Part shown: piece by piece, positions 1-8,370 of the stretch
Position numbering within the stretch: the first letter of the stretch is position 1
Layout of the letters: each line of letters starts with the position of its first letter
Source of the DNA: Phocaeicola sp.
GTDB lineage: Bacteria > Bacteroidota > Bacteroidia > Bacteroidales > Bacteroidaceae
Assembly (NCBI GenBank): GCA_029257865.1
Contig: JARIAN010000103.1
Coordinates: forward strand, 9,776 to 73,775
Direction of reading: 5' to 3'
Length of the DNA: 64,000 nt
Position numbers and translations under genes: made by a program
Notes under the pieces: generated by a model
What the model was told of the DNA's origin: nothing
The model's input: only the letters and a program-made list of their open reading frames with translations
The model's database searches: none

Positions 1-1227
1 TAATACAAAAGCGGGATGTGACATAGTACCTTCACAAAAGGTAACATCTCCATTTGGCATTATAAATGCTTGCCACAAATTTCCGGTACACAAAGATCTA
101 TTAGCAAAATATTTATCTTTTTGCGATGCAGTTCCTTCAATACTGTCTTTCGGAATTGCATAAGGCATGGAAAGTGTATAATTATAATTATCCTTTACTT
201 TTTCTATATATTCTGTTATACTATTTATAGCTTCTTCTGAAGGCATATATTCCAAAGACTTATACATTGAAATACCAGCAGGTATTACAGTCACAGAATC
301 TACACTGAATTCAGAAAAGAAATCTAATAATTTACTTAATTCGTCAATAGAACAATTATAATGCGTAAATACAGAATTTATTTTTACACGAATACCATAT
401 TCCTTCAATAATAAAAGCGTTCGTCTCATATTCAAGAGATATTTCTCCCCATCAACTTTCAACAAACGACTAAGTACTTTCGGATTTATACTGTCCAGAG
501 AGATTTGTATCTTCTTTACTCCAACCTTATTTAATCGTCTTATTATATCCTCTGAAATAGGGATCTTTGTAGAAATAACAGGAAACAGATTAAGTTGATG
601 TAAACGAGATAGAATCATTTCCCAATTTTCATCCAAAAGGAACTCTCCCCCCATAATTGTAAAATCGAGAATAGGAGATTCTTCTATTTCATCCAGAAGT
701 TCCATAACCTTCGTTATAGGAAGTTGTCTTTTTTTTCTCATTCTACAATCAGCATAACAATATATACAATCTGTGTAGCAGACTGTATTTATCATATATG
801 TTATATAAATAGGAAAATTTAGCTTGGATGTTTTAAAATCTAGATTTTTGAAGGAAAAATCTGTAGAATTTATATTTTTATCTATTATACAATCATCACT
901 TTTACGCAGCAAAAGATTTTTAGGAAATAAAAACTGTGTATCTCCCCATTCTACTTTGTAAGATTTTTCATTCTCTGTAATTTTATTGATAAATTCAATA
1001 ATTTTCCTGCCGAATTTATTTCCCAAATAACTTCTAGATATTACTTCTTCTATTGTGTTTCCACCATTAAATAAGGCCAATAACTCTGCATAGTAAGGAT
1101 GGATAAAAGAAAAAAAACCTTTAGAATAGTTTCCTTCATTCTCATGACGTGCACACAACAAACTTCTTGTTTCATCATGCCGAATTAAATAATTCGGATT
1201 TAAATATAAAATTTCAGCTTCTGTCAT
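1..1227 (-). CDS. radical SAM peptide maturase with SPASM-like C-terminal extension (partial, C-terminus off the left edge)
   Basis: Absent from the ORF track because it runs off the window. Minus-strand ATG at 1227 (MTEAEILYLNPNYLIRHDE...) stays open for 409 codons to position 1. Contains CYTDCIYC (CX3CX2C, about 751-790) and a MGGEFLL (GGE-type) SAM motif. The N-terminal ~100 aa (FIHPYYAELLALFNGGNTIEEVISRSY...) resemble a PqqD-like RRE. The last residues CTGNLWQAFIMPNGDVTFCEG look like the start of a SPASM/twitch domain. Confidence 0.85.
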   Translation of the reverse strand, partial: MTEAEILYLNPNYLIRHDETRSLLCARHENEGNYSKGFFSFIHPYYAELLALFNGGNTIEEVISRSYLGNKFGRKIIEFINKITENEKSYKVEWGDTQFLFPKNLLLRKSDDCIIDKNINSTDFSFKNLDFKTSKLNFPIYITYMINTVCYTDCIYCYADCRMRKKRQLPITKVMELLDEIEESPILDFTIMGGEFLLDENWEMILSRLHQLNLFPVISTKIPISEDIIRRLNKVGVKKIQISLDSINPKVLSRLLKVDGEKYLLNMRRTLLLLKEYGIRVKINSVFTHYNCSIDELSKLLDFFSEFSVDSVTVIPAGISMYKSLEYMPSEEAINSITEYIEKVKDNYNYTLSMPYAIPKDSIEGTASQKDKYFANRSLCTGNLWQAFIMPNGDVTFCEGTMSHPAFVL

Positions 1228-1264
1228 AATTATCAAATTTATCAAGATCAATACCGTAGGAAAT

Positions 1265-1300
1265 AAAGCTGATCTGAGTTTTGTCACTCAGAACAGCTTT
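1265..1300 (-). terminator. hairpin between precursor gene and maturase gene (possible partial terminator or attenuator)
   Basis: Minus strand reads AAAGCTGTTCTGAGT-GACAAA-ACTCAGATCAGCTTT, with 14 of 15 stem pairs, followed by ATTTCC. It lies 34 nt after the precursor stop and 38 nt before the rSAM ATG. Confidence 0.5.
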
Positions 1301-1333
1301 AATTAATTTCTTCTAGAGTTTATTCTCTAAGAA

Positions 1334-1534
1334 TTAAGGTTGTAGCTTTTCATTCTCCTCTATACTAACAGCTTTTAGACCTCCCCAAAAACATGCTGCT
1401 ACACACCCAAGCCCGCAAACACCCCCATCAACTTCTTCCATTTCATTGAGTTTTAAAAGATCCTCATCTTTTACCTGTTCAGCTACTTTTTCAATTATTT
1501 GCTGCTTCAGTTCATTTCCGTTGTTCTCTTTCAT
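1334..1534 (-). CDS. RiPP precursor peptide with double-glycine leader and Cys-rich core
   Basis: 66 aa: MKENNGNELKQQIIEKVAEQVKDEDLLKLNEMEEVDGG / VCGLGCVAACFWGGLKAVSIEENEKLQP. The acidic leader has hydrophobic residues at -4 (V), -7 (M) and -12 (L) relative to the GG. The core has 3 Cys and a second GG. It sits directly upstream of the rSAM gene and downstream of a C39 ABC exporter. Confidence 0.8.
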   Translation of the reverse strand: MKENNGNELKQQIIEKVAEQVKDEDLLKLNEMEEVDGGVCGLGCVAACFWGGLKAVSIEENEKLQP

Positions 1535-1939
1535 AACACTTCTTGATTAAAAATTAAACAAATATTGACAATTAACTCACAAATATCAAAATAACATTTT
1601 ATACAATCCAGTAAAAATAAACCTATGACTTATATTGTTACCATCATAAAGTAAAGGTGGTACAAGCTATTACTAAACATTTTATGTTTGGACACACCCA
1701 TCATATACAATCACTATAAAACGAATCAGTTTTAAAGGATATATAGCATATTATCTATTTCTCTATAACAAATGTAAGCACAGCCAATCCGCTAAAAGGA
1801 GTTTCGAAATATTTTTTTTCGAAAATCTATCATTTTTACAAGCAAGTTCAAAAAACGAATCGAACAACGTGTCCTTATTCTCATATACGTCTTTAATTCG
1901 TAAACATTCTTCAGTTTTATGAACTTTCAGGAATCATTA

Positions 1940-3078
1940 TTATAAAAGTCTAAATATCGGTCCGAATATTCTACTCAATATACTACGGCTAGAGGTGATT
2001 ATTTCCGCCTGGCCTACTAATCCGACTTCATAGTCAACTTCGTATTTCGAAGTTGTATGCATGCCTTTAGGCAACTCCACCTCCACAGCATAGTTTTTGC
2101 TCGATGGTACATATGTTACTGAGCTTATTTCTCCTACCAGATAACCATACGTATGCGATGGATACTTCGATAACTCAATGTTTACCTTATCGCCTACTGC
2201 AATGTCTGCAATCTGATGCTGCGTCAGTTTATATGTCCCTTGGGATGACCTTTATATTCCGACACCACCGAACAGATTGTATCACCTACCGATACACGAT
2301 TGTTTATACTCCAGCCCGTCCCCAATAGGACTATTCCATCGTTGGCACTCTTTATCAGATACCTGTTTTCCCACGATTTCAGACTGTTTACCATCCTTTC
2401 GTATGCAAGTTCAAGCAATCTCTTATTTTGGGCTGTCTCCAGTTTATGCTCCAGAGCCATTTCAAACAGGTTCCTTTTTACATTCAGGACTGCAAGCTCA
2501 TTCTTCACCGAGTCCTTCAATAGTATTTTTATTTCTTGTTCCAGATAGTTTCTTCTCTGATTATATGCATTATACTCGCTGGCAAATACATTGGCGCGTA
2601 CAGCTTCTGTGAATTGCTCGTATGAGGAAGACATCTCTCCCATTATCAAGTCAAATGGATAGTTATCCAGATACGAAGGATCATCCGTCCTGTAGAACCA
2701 TTCTACCCGCGTCAATACTTTACAGAATTTTTTCACATCCTCAAGCGATGCTGTATTACGTATTATGCCAAGAGTGTCATTCCTCTTTACCCTTGCTCCA
2801 TCGGGCACAAAGAATTCACCTATTATCCCATCCTCGTTGGCTGTTATCCATTCAGTCTTCGAATAGTCGTCTATGGTTATGCCTGTCTCTACGACATCAG
2901 GATACTTGAATATATAACTGCCAGCCAGCAGCACTGCTATCAGGCTATACACTATATAGCTGCCTGTATGTATCAGCCAGTTTGGCATATCACCGAGCAT
3001 ATCACTCGAACTCTCTCTCGAATATAGCTCTATGTTCTCACCCGCAGGTTGCTTCTTTTCATCAGTTTCTTCTTTCAT
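1940..3078 (-). pseudogene. HlyD-family secretion adaptor, interrupted by a single-base frameshift
   Basis: The 284-aa ORF (3078..2224) ends ...SVVSEYKGHPKGHIN*. The shifted frame continues KLTQHQIADIAVGDKVNIELSKYPSHTYGYLVGEISSV...GLVGQAEIITSSRSILSRIFGPIFRLL* down to 1940, which is the expected HlyD C-terminal part. The minus strand reads CAT ATA AAC TGA; one extra A (ATA AAA CTG ACG) would restore a ~380-aa protein. Confidence 0.85.
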
Positions 3079-3084
3079 ATTGAT

Positions 3085-5283
3085 TTACGCATTAAGTTCC
3101 AACTGATTCTTTACCAGCCTATAGTAGTCTCCTTGTCTTGAAATCAGTGATTCATTATTTCCTCTCTCGGTTATTACCCCGTCTTTCAGTACTACTATCT
3201 GGTCAGCATTTCTCACCGTACTAAGGCGGTGCGCTACTACGACCACTGTCTTGTCCTCAAAGAACTGGTTCAGATTCTCCTGTATTGCTTTTTCATTATC
3301 AGTGTCCAAGGCATTTGTAGCTTCATCAAAGAACAGGTAATCCGGATCTCTGTATATTGCCCTGGCAATCAGAATACGTTGCTTCTGGCCTTGGCTTAAG
3401 CCTTGCCCTGTACTTCCGATTCTGGTGTTATATCTCAAAGGGAGCGATTCTATGAAATCTTTTATATTTGCCATCTTTACCGCATACAATAGTCTTTCCC
3501 GGTCAATAACATCTGCATCCGGTGCTATATTATTGGCAATGGTATCGCTGAATATGAATCCTTCCTGCATTACCACTCCACAGTGTTTGCGCCATTCTTT
3601 GAAACTGATTCTTTGTAGCGGCATCTCACCGACCATTACACTTCCCTCCGTAGGTGGATAGAATCCCAACATCAGTTTTATCAGAGTCGTCTTTCCACTA
3701 CCGCTCAGTCCTACTATTGCCGTTGTTTTTCCTGCTGGGATATCCAGATTAATACCCTTTATTATGCGCTTCGACTTCTCCGATCCATAGGTGAACTGCA
3801 GTCCTCTCAATGAGATGGAATCTTTTCCTGAGACTTGATTCACTGTTTCCATCGAGTCAGACTCTTCATTCTCCTTCCCGTGTATCTCTCCAAGCCTTTC
3901 AAGGCTCAGCGTTGCATCCTGCGACTGTTGCATGAAATATACAAACTGTTCTACAGGTCCCTGCATCTGACCGATAATGTATTGTATGGAGAGCATAATA
4001 CCAAGTGTTATATCTCCATTCAATACAGCTGTAGCAGACATTACGGTTATCAGTATATTCTTTACTTCGTTAATCAGTACAGCACCGACCTGCTGCCATT
4101 GCCCGAGATTCAGCGAACGAAGGTTTATTCTAAACAACGAAGCCTGTATATTCTCCCATTCCCATCGTTTCTGCCGTTCACACCCAAGCAGTTTTATATC
4201 CTGCATTCCATACACAAGTTGCATCAGATTATCCTGATTCAGAGCCATTTGCTCAAAGTTTTTTCTGTTAAGGTCTGCACGTTTCTTCATGAACAGTTTT
4301 ACCCATCCTATATAGAATACGCTGAATGCCAGGAATACAAGGAATATTTTCCAGCTGTATATGGCCAGCACAATACCGAAAATGGTTATAGTCAGAACAG
4401 AGAACAAGATATTCAATACCGATTGTGTCAGAAAAGCTTCTATGGTTCTATGATCTTCTATACGCCTTATCAGGTCACCGGCAAGCTTACTGTCGAAGAA
4501 ACGCATCGGAAGTTTCATCAGTTTTACGAGAAAATCCGATATCAGAGCCACATTGACTCTTGTACTTATATGTAGCAGTATGCATCGCCTTATTACCTCT
4601 ATCAGTGTCCTGCTGAATACAAGTATCAGCTGTGCTACCAATATTAACTGTATGAAGTTCATATTCCTGTGCCCGATACCCTGATCGACTATAGTCTGTG
4701 TCAGAAATGGGAATATAAGCTGCAGGATACTGCCTCCAAGTATACCAAGGAACAGTTGCACTATCATTTTCTTGTATGGCCGCACATAGCGTAGCAGATA
4801 CCATAGCGACATCTTTTCATACCTTATCGGCTCTGTTTCATAGAACTGCGGAGTAGTTTCAACCAGCATTGCAATGCCTTTTTCTACACCTCCTTGGCGT
4901 GTGCTTATCCAGCATTTTTTCAGTTCTTCTTCCTCATACTTCAGCAGACCATAGGCCGGATCGGCTATGTGGAAATATGTTTTCCCTTTCGACTTCTCTA
5001 CCCTGTATAGTACTACAAAGTGCATTTGGTTCCAATGCAGAATACATGGCAGCTTAGACTGCTGCTTCAGTTTATCTATAGTTGTGCGTATACCGGTTGT
5101 ACGCAATCCTATGCTCTCTGCTGCTTCACTTATTCCCAGCAGATTTACTCCAGTACGCTGTATATAGGAATTCTCGCGAAGCTGTTGCACGGAAAATTTC
5201 TTTCCGTAATATCTCGCTATCATGCGTAGACAGGTAGGACCACAGTCCATACCGTCAAGCTGTCTGTAGAATGGAAATTTCAT
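3085..5283 (-). CDS. bacteriocin/peptide-cleaving ABC exporter with N-terminal C39 peptidase domain
   Basis: MKFPFYRQLDGMDCGPTCLRMIARYYGK is a C39 catalytic Cys context. It is followed by six-TM ABC membrane domains, Walker A GLSGSGKTT, signature LSQGQKQR and Walker B LFFDEATNALD. The start was moved from the track ATG (5367) to the ATG at 5283, which gives the canonical C39 N-terminus. Confidence 0.93.
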   Translation of the reverse strand: MKFPFYRQLDGMDCGPTCLRMIARYYGKKFSVQQLRENSYIQRTGVNLLGISEAAESIGLRTTGIRTTIDKLKQQSKLPCILHWNQMHFVVLYRVEKSKGKTYFHIADPAYGLLKYEEEELKKCWISTRQGGVEKGIAMLVETTPQFYETEPIRYEKMSLWYLLRYVRPYKKMIVQLFLGILGGSILQLIFPFLTQTIVDQGIGHRNMNFIQLILVAQLILVFSRTLIEVIRRCILLHISTRVNVALISDFLVKLMKLPMRFFDSKLAGDLIRRIEDHRTIEAFLTQSVLNILFSVLTITIFGIVLAIYSWKIFLVFLAFSVFYIGWVKLFMKKRADLNRKNFEQMALNQDNLMQLVYGMQDIKLLGCERQKRWEWENIQASLFRINLRSLNLGQWQQVGAVLINEVKNILITVMSATAVLNGDITLGIMLSIQYIIGQMQGPVEQFVYFMQQSQDATLSLERLGEIHGKENEESDSMETVNQVSGKDSISLRGLQFTYGSEKSKRIIKGINLDIPAGKTTAIVGLSGSGKTTLIKLMLGFYPPTEGSVMVGEMPLQRISFKEWRKHCGVVMQEGFIFSDTIANNIAPDADVIDRERLLYAVKMANIKDFIESLPLRYNTRIGSTGQGLSQGQKQRILIARAIYRDPDYLFFDEATNALDTDNEKAIQENLNQFFEDKTVVVVAHRLSTVRNADQIVVLKDGVITERGNNESLISRQGDYYRLVKNQLELNA

Positions 5284-5394
5284 ATCTCTTATTATTTTAT
5301 ACAAATATCCATTCTTCCAATCCGCTCGCAGGATTTTCTGCACAAAAAAAGCATGATAATTATTCAATTATCACGCTTTTCTAGTCCTCGTACA

Positions 5395-5649
5395 CTATTT
5401 CTTATGAAATAATGTAGTTTCCAACACTGAGAATAAGTCTTCTCCGTCATAATAATAAGTTTGCCTGTATTTATCATACGAGATATCCACTTTCAGGTCA
5501 CATCTGAAATAGTTAAGATATTTGCCCAACTGCGATTTGGACAATCCTACCTTTTCAGCAAACTCTTCTGGTGTGCCGGTGCCCTGTCTGTATATCTGAT
5601 TATGAATGGCACAGAGCTTTTCAAATGATATCACTCTCATGACATTCAT
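5395..5649 (-). CDS. small HTH (HTH_11/DeoR-N-like) regulator
   Basis: 84 aa. GTGTPEEFAEKVGLSKSQLGKYLNYFR matches the helix-turn-helix pattern of HTH_11-type domains. Its ATG overlaps the stop of the upstream gene (ATGA at 5646-5649). Confidence 0.6.
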   Translation of the reverse strand: MNVMRVISFEKLCAIHNQIYRQGTGTPEEFAEKVGLSKSQLGKYLNYFRCDLKVDISYDKYRQTYYYDGEDLFSVLETTLFHKK

Positions 5650-6020
5650 TTTTTAAATTGACTCCATACCCTATCATTAGGATTGGGACTGGTTAATATT
5701 ATAGTATAGATCCCATTATCAGGCAAATCTGAAACTGAAATTGTAATCTGTGCAGAATTCTCTTTAGAAACTACACCACTTTTAAGAATATTATAAAATT
5801 TATCTACAACTTTATAATAAATTAATTTATCAGGATTCCTATTATAAATAATTATTTCGTTTCCTATATATTCGGAGTAAAATGGAATTTCATTAGTAAC
5901 ACTGAAAGATACAGTTCCATCTTTCCAATTACCATTCCAAAAAAAATCTGATAAACACTCAGTAGCAAATACATCTATAGATGTAAAACCAAAAAATAAA
6001 GCTAATATAAAATTTCTCAT
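5646..6020 (-). CDS. small secreted protein of unknown function
   Basis: 124 aa with an N-terminal signal peptide (MRNFILALFFGFTSIDVFA). The mature part looks beta-rich. It is the first gene after a TAACTTTG box and is translationally coupled to the HTH gene. Confidence 0.6.
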   Translation of the reverse strand: MRNFILALFFGFTSIDVFATECLSDFFWNGNWKDGTVSFSVTNEIPFYSEYIGNEIIIYNRNPDKLIYYKVVDKFYNILKSGVVSKENSAQITISVSDLPDNGIYTIILTSPNPNDRVWSQFKK

Positions 6021-6043
6021 AATGGTTATAATTTATTCTGTCG

Positions 6044-6051
6044 CAAAGTTA
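6044..6051 (-). promoter_or_regulatory. Bacteroides-type -7 box (TAACTTTG) for the secreted-protein/HTH/exporter operon
   Basis: Minus strand reads TAACTTTG, an exact match to the TAnnTTTG consensus, 23 nt upstream of the ATG at 6020. Confidence 0.45.
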
Positions 6052-6090
6052 TTAACAATCATTAAAAAAGAACATATATACAATCGGATA

Positions 6091-6178
6091 CTATATAGAC
6101 AATGAAATTACGCCTATCACCCACACACCAATGATTATCAATGTTTTACAATTAATTTTCTTTTAGCTATATAGACAA
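6091..6178. repeat. two identical 12-mers CTATATAGACAA, each containing the palindrome CTATATAG, upstream of the operon promoter
   Basis: Exact copies at 6091-6102 and 6167-6178, with starts 76 nt apart. They lie between the TPR/LuxR gene end (6188) and the -7 box at 6044-6051. Confidence 0.6.
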
Positions 6179-6187
6179 ATTAAAACA

Positions 6188-8008
6188 TCAGTATTCCCAG
6201 ATCCAAACATCAAAACTTTTATCAACTAGGTTTTGCCCCAATTCACCACAAATTTTATTTTTTATTCGGAGTTTACTCCTAGATACAGAAGTTGAAGCTA
6301 TATTAAAAAAGGTAGATATTTCAATTATGGAAAATCGCAATTTAATTAAACAGCAAAGCAAGATTTCATGTTCACTTAAAGTTGGTATCTCATGTAATAA
6401 TCGAAAACTAAAATTCTGAAATACATTATCTGCTACTTCACGAATTTCTTTTAATTGTGATTCATTTAAATATACAGGCTTTGAATGAAGGTTACGCAAT
6501 ACAGGAGTTTGTTTTAATATTTGTAAGCACAATTCTTTTTCCCTTTTTTCCAATAAACTAATTTTATCTGACAACATTTTAACATTTGTTACTTCTATAG
6601 AAGAAATTGAATATGAAGTCATCTTTTCATATAAAAGTTTCTTTTCTACACATAATTGCTCATTTTCTTTTTTTAGATTAAATAACAATTCCTCTTTTTC
6701 TTTAAGAATGCCTTGAGTATTATTCTCTATTTCTATTTGTGATTGTAGTTCTAAAATATATGATTCATTTTTATCAACCTCCAGCTCTTTTTCATGTAAT
6801 TGCAATGCCAACTTAGTCAAATTCTCTTCTTTTTCGTGTATTACAATTCTTTTATGTAAAAGTGTATAAATAAAAACAAACACGAACAATAATAAAAAAA
6901 TAATTGTCAATAACCACCAACAGGTTACATTTGATTTTTCCAATTCCAGCTTTTGTTTCTCCGTAATTAATTTCTCATTATTATATTTTTCTTTATAGGC
7001 TATAATCTCTTTCCCTTTATCAAGGGAAAGAATAGTATCATTATAAAATAATAATGAATCACTATATACCCTCATGTATTTTTGATACTTCGGGGAATTA
7101 GTAAGTTGATACATTGTTTTATAAACAGAACGTTTTGTATATATATTATCTGTCATTAATGCTTTATTAAGATAATTGAAAGCTGTATCAAACTTATTTA
7201 AAGACAAATAAATTTGTCCCTTCAATAAATTAATTTGTGAGGAAGGTTGGAAATTCTTTACTATTTCAAGAGATTTATGATATCTTTTATCTGCAATATA
7301 CACCAATGCTAATTCTTGCCGTACAATATCATAAAAATTATTATTCTTTAACTTTAAAGCTAATTCTGAACTCTGTTCATACAATTGTTCTGCTCGGTTT
7401 AGATTATTCAGCAAACAATAACACCTAGCCAAATATTGTAATGAAATCATTTGATAACGCACATTCCTATCTTTAATAGCATAATCATAAGCTTGTTGAC
7501 AAGCATCTAATGAATATGCTGCAAGATCTCGATATAAATAAATTCTTCCCAATCCAGACATAATCAAATAACCAAGCTTGTAATCATTTGTTTTCTCCAT
7601 CTCGGTCTTGGCCTCCAAATAATATTTGATAGACTCTTCAACATTTCCAAGGTTATAATTAACCCCACCCATATATAAAGCCGACATGGCTTTACATCGA
7701 GCGTTATCAGTTGACATGTAATAATGGTAAGCAAGATGTATTAACGAATCTGATTTAAATTTTACCATTTGCTTATATTTCGCCTGCGTCACCAACAGAC
7801 ACCACAGCGCATGGTTCTCCTTATCAGTTCTTGACGAAGGCTTCTCCATACTTTCCAATATATGCAATGCACTGTCTGGATGGTCGAACATCACCTTTTC
7901 AGCTTTTACAAGTTCTGGTATTTGCTTGTCTACTTGACCACTTCTGCTACATCCTGAAATAATCAAAAAGAAACTAATTGTTATATATATACATATAGAT
8001 TGTTTCAT
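6188..8008 (-). CDS. membrane-anchored TPR-repeat protein with C-terminal LuxR/GerE-type HTH
   Basis: The start was placed at MKQSICIYITISFFLIISGCS (lipobox ISGC). About 350 aa of TPR-like repeats follow, then a TM helix (WWLLTIIFLLLFVFVFIYTLL) and a coiled-coil stretch. The C-terminal LSEHEILLCCLIKLRFSIIEISTFFNIASTSVSRSKLRIKNKI matches the GerE/LuxR HTH pattern. Confidence 0.8.
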   Translation of the reverse strand: MKQSICIYITISFFLIISGCSRSGQVDKQIPELVKAEKVMFDHPDSALHILESMEKPSSRTDKENHALWCLLVTQAKYKQMVKFKSDSLIHLAYHYYMSTDNARCKAMSALYMGGVNYNLGNVEESIKYYLEAKTEMEKTNDYKLGYLIMSGLGRIYLYRDLAAYSLDACQQAYDYAIKDRNVRYQMISLQYLARCYCLLNNLNRAEQLYEQSSELALKLKNNNFYDIVRQELALVYIADKRYHKSLEIVKNFQPSSQINLLKGQIYLSLNKFDTAFNYLNKALMTDNIYTKRSVYKTMYQLTNSPKYQKYMRVYSDSLLFYNDTILSLDKGKEIIAYKEKYNNEKLITEKQKLELEKSNVTCWWLLTIIFLLLFVFVFIYTLLHKRIVIHEKEENLTKLALQLHEKELEVDKNESYILELQSQIEIENNTQGILKEKEELLFNLKKENEQLCVEKKLLYEKMTSYSISSIEVTNVKMLSDKISLLEKREKELCLQILKQTPVLRNLHSKPVYLNESQLKEIREVADNVFQNFSFRLLHEIPTLSEHEILLCCLIKLRFSIIEISTFFNIASTSVSRSKLRIKNKICGELGQNLVDKSFDVWIWEY

Positions 8009-8370
8009 AATATCGTTTATTTTTTGCAAAATTATAAAAAGAAACAATATTTCCTATACTTACAATACAATTATTACTGCATTACTTCCGAATAAATACA
8101 CTTAGTTATCCAGTTGAATTTAGGGCTTTCCCCAAAGATCCTATCAGATGTTAAAAAATGAAAACAGACCATCTGATACTCGCTCGTTTATGTACAGGTA
8201 TCCGAGCGTTGCCAAAGAAAGGATTCTCACGGCTCCATTTTTCGCTATCATCCTATATATCAAACCAATAAACCATATTTTATATTCTTTCATTTTCATC
8301 CAAAGAGCGCATAATCCGGGCAAAAAACACCCCTTCTCCTCCCGTATTTTGAAACCTTCGGAGCATACCG

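Noticed and set aside
5646-6020. The C-terminal half of the 124-aa secreted protein (ISVSDLPDNGIYTIILTS...) resembles a T9SS C-terminal sorting domain.
   Set aside because: The resemblance is only a loose pattern match by eye. The protein would consist of little else, and I cannot confirm a T9SS in this organism. The call stays 'unknown function'.
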